Shown here: in pieces, positions 27,560 through 43,300 of the stretch
Position numbering within the stretch: position 1 is the first letter of the stretch
Layout of the letters: each line of letters begins with the position of its first letter
NCBI RefSeq assembly: GCF_009914755.1
Contig: NC_060938.1
DNA from: the human T2T-CHM13v2.0 reference genome, Homo sapiens
Reading direction: 5' to 3' (one strand)
DNA: 64,000 nucleotides
Notes under the pieces: model-generated
What the model was told of the DNA's origin: nothing
The model's input: only the letters and a program-made list of their open reading frames with translations
Databases searched by the model: none
Translations under genes and position numbers: made by a program

Positions 27560-27800
27560 TATTCTTTTTGGCTTTCAGCTTGCACGTTATTGGTATATAG
27601 AAATGCTACTGATTTTTGTACACTGATTTTGTATCCTGAAACTTACTGAAGTCATTTATTAGTTTCAGGAGTGTTTTGGCTGCCAGCATCTTTAGAGTTT
27701 TCTAGGTATAGTAGGTTAAGAGAGATAGTTTAACTTTGACTTTTCTTATTTGAATGCCTTTCATTTCTTTCTTCTACCTGATTGCTCTAAGACTTGCAGA
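27560..27800 (-). mobile_element. L1 ORF2 fragment
   Basis: tatagaaatgctactgatttttgtacactgattttgtatcctgaaac. Confidence 0.8.
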
Positions 27801-28881
27801 TGTTCTGTTTAATGATGGGAAGCTGAGAGAGTTTATATGACAGTGTATATTTTCTCTGTGAGGAAGCGTGAGAGATCATTTGCTGAGACTAAAGAGATCA
27901 TTTGCTGCTGAGATTAAAGTGAGAGGTAGGAAAACTTGAGATTTGATGGCACTGAGGATGATGGGAAAAATGATACCTAAAGAGATGTATGTAGTCAGAT
28001 TTAAAGACAGTGTTGAGTGCTCAGGTGAGTTGGTGACCACAAATTAATAGTGACTTCATTTTACTCCACAATCTGTTTCGTGGTTTCCTCCAGCAGTATT
28101 GAGGGCAGGCAAGCATGAGATGCCAGTCTGAATTCATATGGTTTTGGATTTTTACTAGATATGTTTGGGAAAAGAATAAAAGGTCGAGAGAGTTGAGGGT
28201 ATTGAAAATGATGAAATACAAACAGGATAAGGAAAGGAATAAAAAATAGGAGTAGGCAGAATGACAGGAAGAAAGAGAAAGTGCAAATGTGATTCAAGGG
28301 GAAAGGTAGCTAAGGAAAGAGAGAAATATAGAAAACTTCAGAGAAATTCTTGAATCCATAATTTTGCAGATGATAGCCAGATTCATGGTAGACTTATGGG
28401 AATGAGAGGTACAACACCTCTCATTGTGCCTGTCAAGAAACCAAGCAGTCATGGTGTTGTGCCTTAAAGTCTCTGAGGATAATATCAGAATTGGCATGGA
28501 AGGAGGATAGCTGGAGAGAACCTAACTGGAAACTTTTCGGTAAATGAGGGGAAAAGCCCAGGGCATGAGTAGAAGACAGCAATAAGGAGGGCTATAGCAT
28601 GTTATAGTAAACAACAACAACAAAAAGACTTAGAGTAACAGGAATTTTAATAAAAGGTAGGAGTGTTAATAGTCTAGAAGAGGAAACAAGGAACATGGAT
28701 GATGCTGAATCTCTGCTGGACCCCAAGGTGCAGGGATGTGTGGGACCAATGGCCTCTCCTCGATGGCACTATAGGGACAGTACTTCACAGAGAGCTAGGT
28801 TCCAGTGCAAATGAGGACGTGGAATGTTCTTCTTTTCTCCCCCTCTATGTGCTGTCTCTGGGACGTCACTTACACTCCCAT

Positions 28882-29363
28882 TGTAGCAGGACGAACCTCA
28901 GACAAAACCTCTCAGACACCAAGCTGTAGAAGGAAGGGCTTTATTCAGCTGGGAGCATTGGCAAGCTACTGCCTTAAAATCCGAGCTCCCCGAGTGCACA
29001 ATATCTGTCCCTTTTAAGGGCTCACAACACTAAATATTTCACATGAAAGGGTCATGATTGATTTGAGCAAGCAGGGGGTACGTGACAGGGGCTGCATGCA
29101 CTGGTGGTCAGAGAGAAACAGAACAGGGCAGGGAGTTTCACAATGTTCTTCTATACAATGTCTGGAATCTATGAATAACATCGGTTTCTAAGTTAAGAGT
29201 TGATTTTTAACTACTGGGTTTAGGCCAGGCAGGCCCAGGCCTGGTTTCAGGCCTGGCGCCGGGCTGCCTGTCTTTGGTTTTACTTCCTCGTTGTTTTTTC
29301 TTAAAACAGGTACTGAGTATAAAACAATATAAAATAATATGAGAGGGTCTTTCTCTTCCTTCA
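28882..29363 (-). mobile_element. LTR2B solo LTR (HERV-E related)
   Basis: Minus strand TGAAGGAAGAGAAAGACCCTCTCATATT...GTCCTGCTACA; perfect TSD ccat at 28878-28881 and 29364-29367; AATAAA (minus) at 28940-28945. Confidence 0.9.
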
Positions 29364-29689
29364 CCATGGTTTCTATTATAATGTAAATGATGACTTTATC
29401 AGTCCCTCCTCTCTCACTGGTCAAAGGTTCAATCCATGTGCTACTGAATCCCCCCACTTCAGGTGGTACACATGTGGTCACCGAGTGAGTTCTGAGGGAT
29501 GAGCAGGGCAGCCCCAGGGTGGGAGGTGAGAGACATGCAAGGTTTAAAGTTGTGACTGTATGAAGTTGGTCAGAACCCACCAAGAGCTGGTTAATATTGT
29601 GGCAGCTGAAACAAGAGCAGGGTGAGGCTGAGAGCATCTGAAATGATGCAGAAGAGGGTCTAACATGTTGGGTAACCTCTACTTACCTC

Positions 29690-29990
29690 ACAGAGATCAG
29701 TTCAAATATCAGTTTCTCCAGGAAGTCATCCCTGATGCTACAATGAGATCCCTCCAGTATACACTCATGGTCTCCTACACTTTCCTGTTGTAAAAGTCAT
29801 CATATTTTGCTGTTGTAACTTGTAGCGTAGGTGATTTGTCTTTCCCATGAAATGTGTCAATTCTGAGGGCAGGTTTATGGTCATCTATCACCATGAGGTT
29901 TGCCCTACCTTTGCCCTACAATGCTTCATACAGCTCTGCCTGATATAATGTAGGTTCTCAATAAATATGTGTAGCATGAATGGATGAAAT
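29690..29990 (+). mobile_element. L2 3' end
   Basis: ttcaaatatcagtttctccaggaagtc...gtaggttctcaataaatatgtgtagcatgaatggatgaa. Confidence 0.7.
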
Positions 29991-31934
29991 TTTGAATTAG
30001 TAAAACATAAAATCATGTGTTATTCTTCCAGAGCAAACCACTTTAGCAGAGGTACTTTCAGAATATAAACTGATTACTAAAGGTTAGTTTGCCTTGTTAA
30101 GGCTTTCACGGGCTGTCAGGCTGTAACCTGAAATAATGACTCGGGTGGAACATGCATTCTGACCAGTGAGGCTCTGCATCCCTTAGGTTCACTTGTTTTG
30201 CAAATTAGATTTGTCAGGTTGGAAGTTCAAATGAAAGCTCTTTTTTTTACTGCTGCTCTTTGGCACATTCTAATGAGAGCCATAGCTCCTGAGTTGTTGC
30301 TTCAGCATTCACATCTAATAGGAAAGAAATTGAAAGCTAAAAGGAAACCTTGAGGCTCCAGAACAGCAGGTCCGTCAGGCAGCATGCTTAGCTCCATTCT
30401 TAAACTGTGTCTTCAATGAGAAAGGCTCTGACTACTGCATTGTGCCCAGCAAGAAAAGCTGGGTAAAGGAGATGTCACAAAGGGAAGCAGCACCAGCGTT
30501 CATTCTGAACCCTTTCTGTGCCATCTTCAGTCAACTTATGTCATAGGGAAGTCATGCTGCTTGCTAATGATATTCCCACCTGGGGACCCCATTGTTGAGT
30601 GATGTCCTTGATGCCAACTCACACATTTCAGCTAATTCCAACCCTATTACATATTCAGTATTTTTCTTGGAACCAATTAAGCTAATGGGAGAAACAAAAT
30701 AGAACTCTCTTTTCCCAAGAAATCATTCAACCAGAATTTTTAAGACAAAGAACTGGAAACTGGGTATACTATCAAGAGCCCTAAAATACATATAGAGTGA
30801 TTCAAATCTGAAATTGCATGAAGTGATTCTCTTATCCTGGAGAGGACTGATGTATGAAGAAGCCACTTGTTTAGATTGGTAGCCTTCATTTGTCCACCAA
30901 GAGTATCGATTTCTTTTTATTATTTAAATATTTTGAACCCTAAACCAACAAAAACAAATTTTAAAAATTCAAAGTAATAAAGAAAAGTTACGAATACTAA
31001 CATGACAGAAAACTGGAAGATTGCAAATTGGGAGTCGCTTACTGCCTTATGGATGAAAAGAGAAGAAACAAAAGTAATCATAGAAAGTGCAGACTACTGG
31101 ACTTGAAATAAAGAGAGTTTTGTAAACAAATGCTATGTTATTAAGTGAGAAAAGCTTTTTACTGGATCAACAGGACTGTGAAATCTAACTACAAAATACT
31201 GAACAGACATGTCTTCCCAGACACTGCCATTTAACAGATGCTCAGTAAGTATTATTGACCGGCATATTGGCCTGATGATCTTGTTTATGAAAAATAGCCT
31301 GTAAAGGAAATTCCCAGGTAATAAATTTCAGTTGCTAACAAGTCTTTTATCTTGAATAGTCTTTATAAGATCTTAATCAAGACAGCATTGATAGTGAGCT
31401 TCCTGTTCAAGATGTTCTCCCTGACTATAAATAAGAGTGTTAAAAGATAAGAAGTACCCATTTTAAAATTGGTTGTCACACTCAAAAATCTCACCCTTGA
31501 GAGTTTTAAGGGAAAAATCCCTTTTATTCTTCACATGAAAAAAATATAATGTATTTTTAAAACTAGGATACTTATTACACAGCAAAGGTTTGGGATTCAG
31601 AGGCAGGTCATTGGCTTACAGCCTCAGAACTGAGTGTAAAGGAGAACTCTGGCATTCTCCACCTATGAAGATTTGAGGAGTTTACAACATGTTACATGTT
31701 GAGCTACAGTTTTCTTCTCTATGCAAGAGATACAATGCTAAATTCATTGCAAATATATTATCCCATGTAAAGTACCTATTCTGGCCTCTGTTTAGCACAT
31801 AGTTAGTATTTAATAATAACAATGTTTAACTGTTAATGGTTGCGATTGGTGATTATCATTTCTTGATGGGAAAAAAAGTGTCAAAATATTCTCTCCTCTG
31901 TCATTAACTCTATGTGGCATTTGCTAATTATAAT

Positions 31935-32160
31935 GCTCTTATTTCCTTTGCACTAAGCAGGTGGCAGGCATGGTTCTGTGTGCTTCATGCACATGATCTA
32001 ATGCGATCTTCACAGCACCCTCATGATTTTACCACTCTGCACATTGCTTTGTGGATGAGAGAGCTGAGGCTTAGAGAGGTAGTAAGACTTGCCCAAGGTC
32101 ACAGGGCAAGTACATAGCAGAACTTAGTTTGAATCCAGAGAATTATTTGCCTAGGATCTC
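31935..32160 (-). mobile_element. MIR
   Basis: gctgaggcttagagaggtagtaagacttgcccaaggtcacag. Confidence 0.8.
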
Positions 32161-34327
32161 ATATTTGCTTTTTCTGAAGTTTTTTGTTTTTTTTTTTTAA
32201 ACTTCAGTGTATGTGAGAGCCATTTGAAAAACCTGATTCAAATGTGGATTCCTGGGCTGTTACTTGGAAATCCTGTTTTGCTAGGTCTAGATCTGGGGTC
32301 TAATGCATTTTTAACAAGTTCCCTTGGTAGAGGTAATGTAAAAGCTGAGTTAGAGTATGAAAATACTTATGTCTAATTATCTGTTCATTCACTTATTAAT
32401 TCATTTAGTACTATGGAGGTTCTACTAAAAGGTATGCATATGAAGTGCAAAAGTTAGAATACCCCTGGTGTTTATATTCTATCTTGGTGTCTTTGGGCCT
32501 GTAATCTCCACAAAGAGAGAAAAAAGTTACCTTAAGCCAGCAATATTCTATTAGGACCCAGAGCACTATAGTAATAGTTGTAGCCACCTGATTCATGTTT
32601 TCTTGTTCTACATCTGAAGGATTTTTTAAAAACATGAAAACAACCAGAAGCTATGTTAAAAACTTTACAAACTGGATTCCAATGACTCACATCCAATTTT
32701 TTCTTCTCAAGATTCCATTCAGAGAATAGTTTGTTACGTTGAGAATAATTTAACTCAGACCACTCATTCAGGTCTGGTTCAGAGAATGGGCTGCTGTATT
32801 CAGATCTTGATCTCCTTCCTTACATTGTTCAAAGGCTGCAGTTTCACAGTTCTTTTTTACATCTGTCTGTGGAGGGATACTGTGTTTACTAGGGATTGCC
32901 TTTAAATAACAGTGACCATGATTCCTTGCATTCTTAGGATCCTGCTACCAAATGTTGCTTTAGGAGTGGCCTCTCTTCCTCTCCCTGCCTCTGCTTCTGA
33001 GCTGAGTACCTCAAGTATTGTACTGGGTAACCTACCTACTCTACTCTTCTGGGATGACTGGAAGGGTAAGGTCTACTTCATTCTAAGATTTCATGGACAT
33101 CTTGCTACTCCTTGGGTTATCTAATAAACACCCTCATGCCTGAAGAGGGAGCTTAAAGCTCATCAGGTATGGGATATATCACTACCATAAAATCCAACAT
33201 TTTAAAAAACATGTTTTTTCCATTAGCAGGGATCTAGAATTAAATATCCCTAAATATAGAATGCAAATATATAGATTTAAAATAACTTGCCATTTCAGGA
33301 AAACTTTGTATCTGTTCCAAAAGGGGCATTAAATTGCCCTAAATTTTACTTTCTATTTTCCTGCAGTAGAGAACTGTCATTGAGATTCACTGGTCTCTGA
33401 ATGAATTCATACATTTATTTATTTTATGTTTCCCCACTGTACCCTCTAGAATGGTCTGCACACCAAAGACATTCACAAATTTTATTGACCTACTGACTGA
33501 CTTTTTAAAACATGACACAGGTTGACAGATGTTTTACCAGCCATCTAAGGATGGCATACCACTGCTAGAAATTATTAACTTACAGAAATCAATAGTTGGA
33601 ATGTGCCATAAGCACTTACTTTCAAGCACAGGTTTTATAGAAAGGCATTTCGTCAATTTACTTCAGATGGAGGAACAATTTACTTTTCATTATTTTATAA
33701 ACATTAACTCTATAGTTTTTATTGCCATATATTTATCACTTCAAAAGACAATTTATGTACTGCTGACACAAAATTAGCCACATGCCCCAGCACTTAGCGC
33801 TCTAAAGCACACACACACAAAAAAATTGAGACAGACTGGTTAGACCTTTTGATCTTTTCTTCAAAATTCTTCATTGTGAAGAATGAGAGCAATATTGGAA
33901 GAATGAAGACAGGTGAATTCTCCTTAATTTTTCTTAAGGAATAACAAGTTTCCCATAAAGTGTAGTCTTGGAAAATAAGTTACTTTAGATAATATTTTTA
34001 AATTAATGATGAAAGAAATGGTTAGTGAGCAGCTAGCAATGGAGGCAATAATTCCTAGGGCTGGTATGTGTTTACTAAGAAAAAACATGAAAGGAATCAA
34101 CTTTCCTTCTCTGATGGGGTTATTAGATCATTAGATCAGAGGAATGCACTAAACAGTGTATTTAGGCAAAAGCAAGGCATTGACCAAATATTTCAAGATA
34201 GCTTTGGGTTAAGATGGTGGCTGATTAGCTAAGTGTTAGTGATATTAGGTGAGTGAGTGAAAAACAATACCTAGAGATAATTAGTACATCAGTGTCGTTG
34301 GGCAGTTTCCATAAAGGTATACCTTAG

Positions 34328-34670
<343 letters not shown>

Positions 34671-34704
34671 ATTTTGTTTATTTTCTAATGACTGACAAAG
34701 GCAA

Positions 34705-34950
34705 CATGGTATAATATAGTTGCCATGATTAGAGTGCTGGTCTCAGACTATTTGGGCTCAAATCCTTCTCCTACCACTTATTAGAGTATGACTTTGGGCA
34801 AGGTACTGAATCTGTCTCAGTTTCCTCATCTTTAAAATGGCTATAGTAAATAAATATATCTACCTAATACAATTAGTGGGACAAATCAGGTAAAGCAGTT
34901 AACAAAGCACTAGTATGTGGTAAATGCTCAAAAATGTAGCTATAATTGCT
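34705..34950 (+). mobile_element. MIR
   Basis: tgactttgggcaagg...tctcagtttcctcatctttaaaatgg...aaatgctcaaaaatgtagcta. Confidence 0.8.
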
Positions 34951-36289
34951 AACTACTTAGATATGGGTATAAAATTCCAAGTCATGAAACTTGTGAATAG
35001 AATAAGATAGAAGAAAAAGAACAGCTATTAAATGACCAATGGAGCATGGCCACACTTGCACTCCTTTCCTTCTCTTTAAACCCCAGCATCTGTGCTGTTC
35101 AAAGATAGGACGATATCTGACAAAGTGAAATATCATCAAGAATGCATTTAAGGCCCTGAATACATATCTCAACACTCAAATGACCAACTACTGTATACAG
35201 GATATATAAAAATGATATGTGAGAAAGACTGAGTTTTAATTGCCAGAAAGAAATGAGTTAAAAGTGTGGTGTAGACACAAACAGGCACTTAATACAACCC
35301 TAGGCTGCATTAACAAAAATGTTTGGCTACCTAAGGTGGAAAATCAAAGTATTTACTAGTTATATTAATCTTGAAGTGTTTTGTTACATGCTGAACACCA
35401 CAATTTAATTGACAGAGATAATCTGAAGTGTTCCCAAAGAATAGTGGCTGAAATTGCAAAATAAATTAAAAAAATATATCGCAAAAGGAATATTTGAAAT
35501 TGTAAGATGTTGAAGTTGGGGAAAAGGAGACATTGGAAACAAATTAACTTGAGGACTTAGAGTGGCTTTTTAAAAATGTTAATTTATGCTATGACATTAG
35601 AAAAAACACAATACACACACTTCAGGGTTAAGTATCCCCTTCGTAGCACATTGTTGAACTGCTACACGAAATTATGCATCACCTGTATGATGCCATCATA
35701 GCATCGCTTTTCTCAGTCTCTACAATACCCATTTGGGCTTCTTTTCATTAACACATCCGTATAACTTAAAAGTATATGTTATTACTGATTTTCTTGGCCA
35801 GATATTTCTCCATCCCTCCTCTCTTACCACCCACTCATATACATCGGAACAACTTTTTATTATAGTTCATCTCAAATTAAGGAAAACATAGAGTATCCCT
35901 TGTGGAGGTAATGAATTACCTGTTAACTATGGTCAAGTTCAGACTAAATGACAACTTTGACATTGCAGAGGAGATTTAAAATTCAAGGTTAACCTGGGTT
36001 ACTGGATCAAATCACCTGTCCCTCCTAATCATTTCATTCTAAAATGTGCATGAATTATGGTCAGAGTATCTCTTCTATTGCCTATTCTAACCCTGATATT
36101 TCACACCTTAAGCTGGGGATGGTTTGAAGATATAGAGGGAAGAAATGCGTATTTTTGGCTAAATGTTATTCTAATTTTAAATGCGCAGTAAATGTAAGAA
36201 TTTGTTTAATAAGTGGCCAACTTTTCAAATTCTTAGAGCAAATTTTGCAAATCATGAATTTTCTTTCCTGAGAGGTCTAACAATAATTG

Positions 36290-36500
36290 TGTTAATGTGT
36301 AATACTTTACACTAATTTGACACATTAACTTTTATACCTATATTTTCACATATATTATCTTATTCAAAAATTCTCCCAGCTGACTTCTTAGGCACATAAT
36401 GAAACTGAGACTCAGTGAGGTTAAATGATTGCCTGACATTTCATGGCTGGCAAGGGGCAGAATAAGGACTAAACCCTCATTCTTCTACTCTGACTTTAAT
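36290..36500 (-). mobile_element. MIR
   Basis: gaaactgagactcagtgaggttaaatgattgcctga. Confidence 0.7.
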
Positions 36501-37370
36501 TCTTTTTTTTTTTTTTGCATTAATAGTTTTAGATGTCAGCAATTTTATCAGTGAGAAGTTACTTTTCCCTTTGGTTGGAGAAAATTGCCTTTCCCTTTCA
36601 CAATGTCCTTTTGCTTTATTGTGAAGTATATTTGCAGAACAATGCCAGCTTTGAAATGTCATGTACTTCAGATTCAGAAATTGTTCTCTATTTGAAGTGA
36701 CATGATGATGTTTGCCTGAGGCAGTGGATGTCACTGCTTGGGCTCTGGAGGTTGTGAGTTTAGCCAGACCAGGTAGGCTGTGTACACAATCCAGTCAGAC
36801 ATGTGAGGGATGCCAGGCTGTCTACAGATGAGCTCTTGATAGCTTATATCTAAGCAACATTCCAAAAAGGCCCAGCATGAGTGAGTTCAAAAGGGTCAAC
36901 AGTGGACATGGGGATTGCAACGAAGTATTGTATCTGGCATATCTGATGCCAACTCTGAGATCTAACCACAGGTACCATGATTCAGAGGCATATCCTGGAA
37001 TACTGTGTGGCACATTGCCTGTTAAAGGCAGTGCAGGTGGGATGGGAACTGAAGAGAAAAGGCCAGAGAGAGGAACCAGTGTTAAAACTTACCAAAATTG
37101 AGCCTCTTAGCTCAGAGATGAATCCCCATGAATGTGAAGATGTTTGATGTGATAAGTGAGAGCTATGTGACATCAGTAGTAGGCTTGAGAGAATGCAGGG
37201 TCAGGGTGTTAGATGAGCCATTAGAGGTGAAAAATAACATCAATTGATAAATTTGATTTTTAGATATTATAGATGTTGCTAGATTTTACATAGTTTAAAA
37301 ATATTACAACTTATTAATATTAAATAATTAAATATTTGGCCTTTAAAAAATCCAAGTTAAAGGTTAAATA

Positions 37371-40300
37371 GGGAGGGGGTGGAACAAGATGGTGAAATAG
37401 AGGCTTCACTAATCATCTCCCCTGCCAGGACACCAATTTAACAACTATCTACACACACACAAAAGCACCTTCATAAGAACCAAAAATCAGGCGAATACTC
37501 ACAGTACCTGGTTTTGACTTCATATCACTGAAAGGCACTGAATAAAGAAGAAAGATAGTCTTGAATCACTGACATTACCACTACTCTTTGCCCCACAAGT
37601 GGAGGTGTGGTATAGAGAATGCTTCTGTGTTCTGAGGAGAGGGAGAGCACAGTAATTGTGAGGCATTGAACTCAGTGTTGCCCTGTTTTAATGGAAAGCA
37701 AAACTATACCAAAACCATTTGACATCCACCCAAAGAAGGATCATTTAAACCAGCCCTAGCCAGAGAGGAATCGCTGATCCCGGTGGTCAAAAGTTGAGTT
37801 CCCACAAGCCTCACCACCGTGGGCTAAAGTGCTATAGGACGCTAAATAAACTTGAAAGGCAGTCTAGGCCACAAGGACTGCAACTCCTAGGTGAGTCCTG
37901 GTGCTGAACTGGGCCCACAGTCAGTGGACTAGGGGAGCATGTGACCTGCTGAGACACCAGCTGGGGTGGCAAAGGGAGTTCTCACATTCCCCTGTAACTC
38001 CAGGCTGTAAAACTTGCAACTCCAAAAGAGTCCCCTTCCCTGTGCTTGAGGAGAAGAGAGGGAAGAGTGTAGAGGACTTTGTCTTGCATCTTAGATATGA
38101 GCTCAGCCACAGAGGATAGGGCACCAGAAAGAGTCATGAGGCCCCTTTTCAGTCACTGGCTCCTGGATAACATTTCTAGGCACACCCTCAGCCAGAAGGG
38201 AGCCCACTGCCCTGAAGGAAGCACCCAGTCCTGGCAGCATTCATGACCTGCTAACTGAAGAGGCCCTGGGCACTGAATAACCAGAGCAATACACAGGTGC
38301 TACATTGAGGGCCTTGGGCAAGACTCTTGAAACTTTATAGCTTCAGGTGAGACTCAGTACATTCTCAGCTGTGGTTGCTACAGGTGAGACTCTTTCTACT
38401 TGAGAAAAGTGGAGGGAAAAATAAAGGGGACTCTGTCTTACATTTTAGGTACCAGCACAGCCATAGAGGGGTAGAGCACCAAGCTGGCTCTTGGGGTCCC
38501 TGATTCTAAGACTTGGCTCTTGCATGGCATTTCTGGACCTACCCTGGGCCAGAGGGAAGCCCACTTCCCTGAAGGATGAGTTCCAGACCAGGCAGCAATC
38601 ACCACAAGTGGACTGAAGAGCCCTTGGGCCCTAAGGAAACATCAGCGATAGTCTGGAAGTATTCCTTATGGGCCCATGGTGGCAGTGGCCATAGGTGAGG
38701 CTTCTCTGCCTTGGGAAAGGGGAGGGAAGAACTGCATCTTGTGGTTTCAGTGCCAGCTCAGTTGCAGTACAATACAATACCAGGTAGACTTCTAAGGTTT
38801 TTGACTCTAGGCTCTGGCTCCTGGTCAGCAGCTCTGGATCCACCAGGGCATAGGGGAACTGGCCACCCTAAAGGGAAGGGCACAGGACTGGCTGGATTTG
38901 CCACTTACTGATAGTAGAGCCCCAGGGCCTTGAGTTAACATAGGCAGTAGCCAGGCAGTGGTTACAGAGGGCCTTGGGAAAGACCCAGTGCTGTGCTGGC
39001 TTTAGGTCTGACCCAGCACAGTAATAGTGGTGTCAGCCACAGGGGTGCTTGTATCACTCCACCTTCAGCTTTAGTTGGCTCAGAACAGAGATTCCATTTG
39101 TTTTGGAGAAAGTAAGGGAAGAGAAGAGTCTCTGCCTGGTAGTCCAGAGAATTCATCTGGATGTTGTTCAAGACCATCAAGTTGGTACTTCTGTGAGTCT
39201 TCAAGAACCACAGCATTACTGGACTTAGGGTGTCCCCTAAAGCAGATACAGCTTAGACAACAACACCCAAGTCATTTTGAGTGCCTTGAAAGCCTTTTCA
39301 AGATGGATGGGTATGATAGGCTCAGACTGGGAAGGCTACAATAAATACTTAACTCTTCAATGTCCAGACACAGAGGAATATATACAAATATTAAGAACAT
39401 CCAGTTCACCAAATGAACTAAATAAGGCACCAGAGACCAATTCTGGAGAAAAAGAGATATGTGACCTTTCAGACAGATAATTCAAAAAAACTGAGGAAGC
39501 TGAAATTCAAGATAACACAGAGAAGGACTTCAGAATTGTATCAGACAGATTTAACAAAGAGATTGAAATAATTAAAAATCAAGCAGAAAATATGGAGCTG
39601 AAAAATGCAATTGACACACTGAAGAATGCATCAGAGTCTTTTAACAGCAGAATAGCTTAAGAAGAAGAAAGAATTAGTGAGCTCAAAGATAGTCTATTTG
39701 AACATATACAGTCATAGGAGACCAAAAAACACAATGAAGCACACCTACAGGATCTAGAAAATAGTCTCAAAAGGGAATTTAAAAGAGTTATTGGCTTTAC
39801 AGAGGAGGTTGAGAAAGAAATAGGAATAGAAATTTTATTCAGAGGGATAATAACAGAGAACTTCCTAAACCTAGAGAAAGATACCAATATCCCCAAGTAC
39901 AAGAAAGTTATAGAACACCAAGCAGATTTTACCCAAAAAAGGCTACAACACAGCATTTAATAATTGAACTCTCAAAGGTCAAGGACAAAGGAAGGATCCC
40001 CCCAAAAAAACAGCAAGAGAAAAGAAACAAATAACATATAATGAAGCTCCAATACATCTGACAGCAGACTTTTCAGTGGAAACCTTATATGCCAGATGAG
40101 AGTGGCATGACATATTAGTAAGTGCTGAAGGGAAAAGTTTTACCCTAAAATAGTATACCTGGTGAAAATATCCTTCACATGTAGGACAAATGAAGACTTT
40201 CCCAGACAAATAAAAGTTTAGGGATTTTATCAACCCCAGGCTTATTCTGTAAGTAATGCTAAAGGGAGTACTTCAATCAGAAAGAAAAGGACATTAATGA

Positions 40301-43300
40301 GCCATAAGTAATCACCTGAAGGTATAAAACTTGCTGGTAATAATAAGTACACAGAAAAGCACAGAATATTATAACACTAAAACTGTGGTGTGCAAACTAT
40401 TCTTAAGTAGAAAACTAAATGATGAACCAGACAAAATTAATAACTTTTCAAGACAATAGACAATACAATAAAATAGAAATAGCAAAAAGTTAGAAATCAT
40501 GGAGACAAAATTATAGGTGTCAAATCTTTATTAGTTTTTGTTTTTCTTATTTGTTTATGCAAACAGTGTTAAGTTGTTAGCAGCTTAAAATAATGGATTA
40601 TAATATAGCACTTGCAAGCCTCATGGTACCCTCAGACCAAAAAACATACCAGATATGCAAATAATAAGAAAATAAGCAGAAAATAAATCATATCACCAGA
40701 GAAAATTACCTTCATTTAAAGGAAGAGAGGAAGGAGAAAAGAAGGAAGAGAAGACCAGAAAATAACCAGAAAACAAATAATGAAATGGCAGGAGTCACTC
40801 CTTATCAAGAATAACATTGAATATAAACAGACTAAATGCTCCAATCAAAAGACATAGAAAGGCTGAATGGATGAAAAACCAAGACCCCTTGATCTGTTGC
40901 CGACAAGATACACATGTTCCCTATAAAGACACATATAGACTGAAAATAAAACAATGGAAAAAGATATTTTATACCAATATAAAGCAAAAAAGAGAAAAAG
41001 CCATAATCATATCAGACAAAATAGATTTCAAGACAAAAACTATAAGAAGGAAGAAAGGTCACTATATAATGATAAAGGGGTCAATTCAATAAGATAATAT
41101 AACAATTTTAAATATATATGCACCCAATGCTGGAGCACCCAGATATATAAAGCAAGTATTATTAGAACTAAAGAGAGGCATAGGCCAAAATATAATAATA
41201 GCTGGAGATTTCAACACCTCACTTTAAACATTGGACAAATCTTCCAGACAGAAAAAACAACAAAGAAACATCAGACTTAATCTTCACTATAGACCAGGGG
41301 TCTGCAACCCCTGGGCCATGGACTGGTACTGCTTCATGGCCTGTTAGAAACTGGGCCACCCAGCAGGAGGTGAGTGGGCAAGTAAGCATTACTAACTGAG
41401 CTCCACCTCCTGTTAGATTGGTGGCATTAGATTCTCCTAGGAGCATGAATCGTATTGTGAACTGCACATGTGAGGGATCTAGGTTGTGTGTTCCTTATGG
41501 GAATCTAACTAATGTCTCATGATCTGAGGTAGAACAGTTTCATTCCAAAACCACTCCCCGATACATGAAAAAACTGTCTTCCACGAAAGCAGTCCCTGGT
41601 GCCAAAAAGGTTGGAGACTGCTATAGACCAAATGGACCTAATGTTCTAAGAACATTTCATCCAAAGTCTGCAGAATACACATTATTTTTCTCAGAACACC
41701 AATCATTCTCAAAGATAGACAATATGTTGGGTCACAAAGCAGTCTTAAAACATTCAAAATAATTGAAATAAACATCTTCTCTGACCATAATGGAATAAAA
41801 CCAGAAATCAATAACAAGAAGAATTTTGGAAACTATATGAATACAAGGAAATTAAACAATATGCTCCTGAATGACCAGTGGGTCAGTGAAGAAAGTCAGA
41901 AGGAAATTGAAAAGTTTCTTGAAACAAAGAATGAAAACACAACATACCAAAACTTATGGGATACAGCAAAAGCAGTACTAAGAGGGAATTTTATAACTGT
42001 AAGTACTTATATCAAAGAAGAAGAAAAACTTCAAATAAACAACCTAATGATGCATCTTAAAGAATTAGAAGAGCAAGAGCAAAATTAGTAGAAGAAAAGA
42101 AATAATAAAGATCAGAGCAGAAATAAATGAAATTGAAATGAAAAACAATAACATTTCATTGAAACAAAAACATTTCATTGAAATGAAAATCAATGAAACA
42201 AAAAAGTTGTTTTTTTAAAAAATAAAAAATTTGACAAACCTTTATCCAGACAAAGGAAAAAGAGAAGATTCATATAAAATCAGAGATCAAAAATGAGACA
42301 TTACAAAAGATAATACACAAATTCAAAAGATCATTAGTGGCTACTATGAGCAACTATATTCCAATAAATAGGAAAATCTAGCAAAATGGAAAAATTCTTA
42401 GACACATAAAACCTACCAAGATTGAACCAGGAAGAAATTCAAAACCTGAATAGAACAGTAACAAATAAGGAGATCAAAGCCATAATAAAAAGTCTCCCTG
42501 TAAAGAAAGGCCCAGGACCCAAAGGCTTCATTCACTCCTGAATTCTGAGAATTCTTTTAAAAAGAACTAATACCAATCCTATGCAAACTATTCTGAAAAA
42601 TAGAGGAGGAAGGAATACTTCCATAATGATTGTATGAGGGCAGTATTACCCTGATACCAAAACCAGACAATGACACAGCAAAAAAAAGAAAGCTACAGGC
42701 CAATATCTCTGATGAATATCGATGCAATAATCCTTAACAAAAGGCCAGCAAACAGAATTCAACAGTACACAAAAAAGATCATTCATTATGACCAGGTGGG
42801 ATTTATCCCAGGGATTCAAGGATGTTTCAACATACACAAATCAATCAATGCAATACATCATATCAACAGAATGAAGGACAAAAACCATATTATTTCAATT
42901 GATGTTGAAAAAGCATTTGATAAAATTCACCATCCCTTCATGATAAAAGCTCTCAAATTAATGAATATAGAAGAAACCTACCTCAACATAATAAAGCTAT
43001 ATACAACAGACCCACAGCTAGTATCATACCAAATGGGAAAAAAATCCAAATGCCTTTCATCTAAGTTTTGGAACATGAAAAAGATGCCCACTTTTACCAC
43101 TGTTATTCAACACAGTACCGGAAGTCATAGCTAAAGCAATTAGACAAGAGAAAGAAAGGGAATCCAAATTGTAAAGGAAAGAGTCAAATTGTCCATGTTT
43201 GCAGATAATATGTTCTTATATTCAGAGGAATGTAAAGACTCCACACACAAAAAAACCTGTTAGAATTGATAAACGAATTAACTAAAGTTACAAGGTACAA

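Noticed and set aside
29188-29637. 149-aa minus-strand ORF
   Set aside because: Non-ATG start, runs from flank into LTR2B, no recognisable domain.
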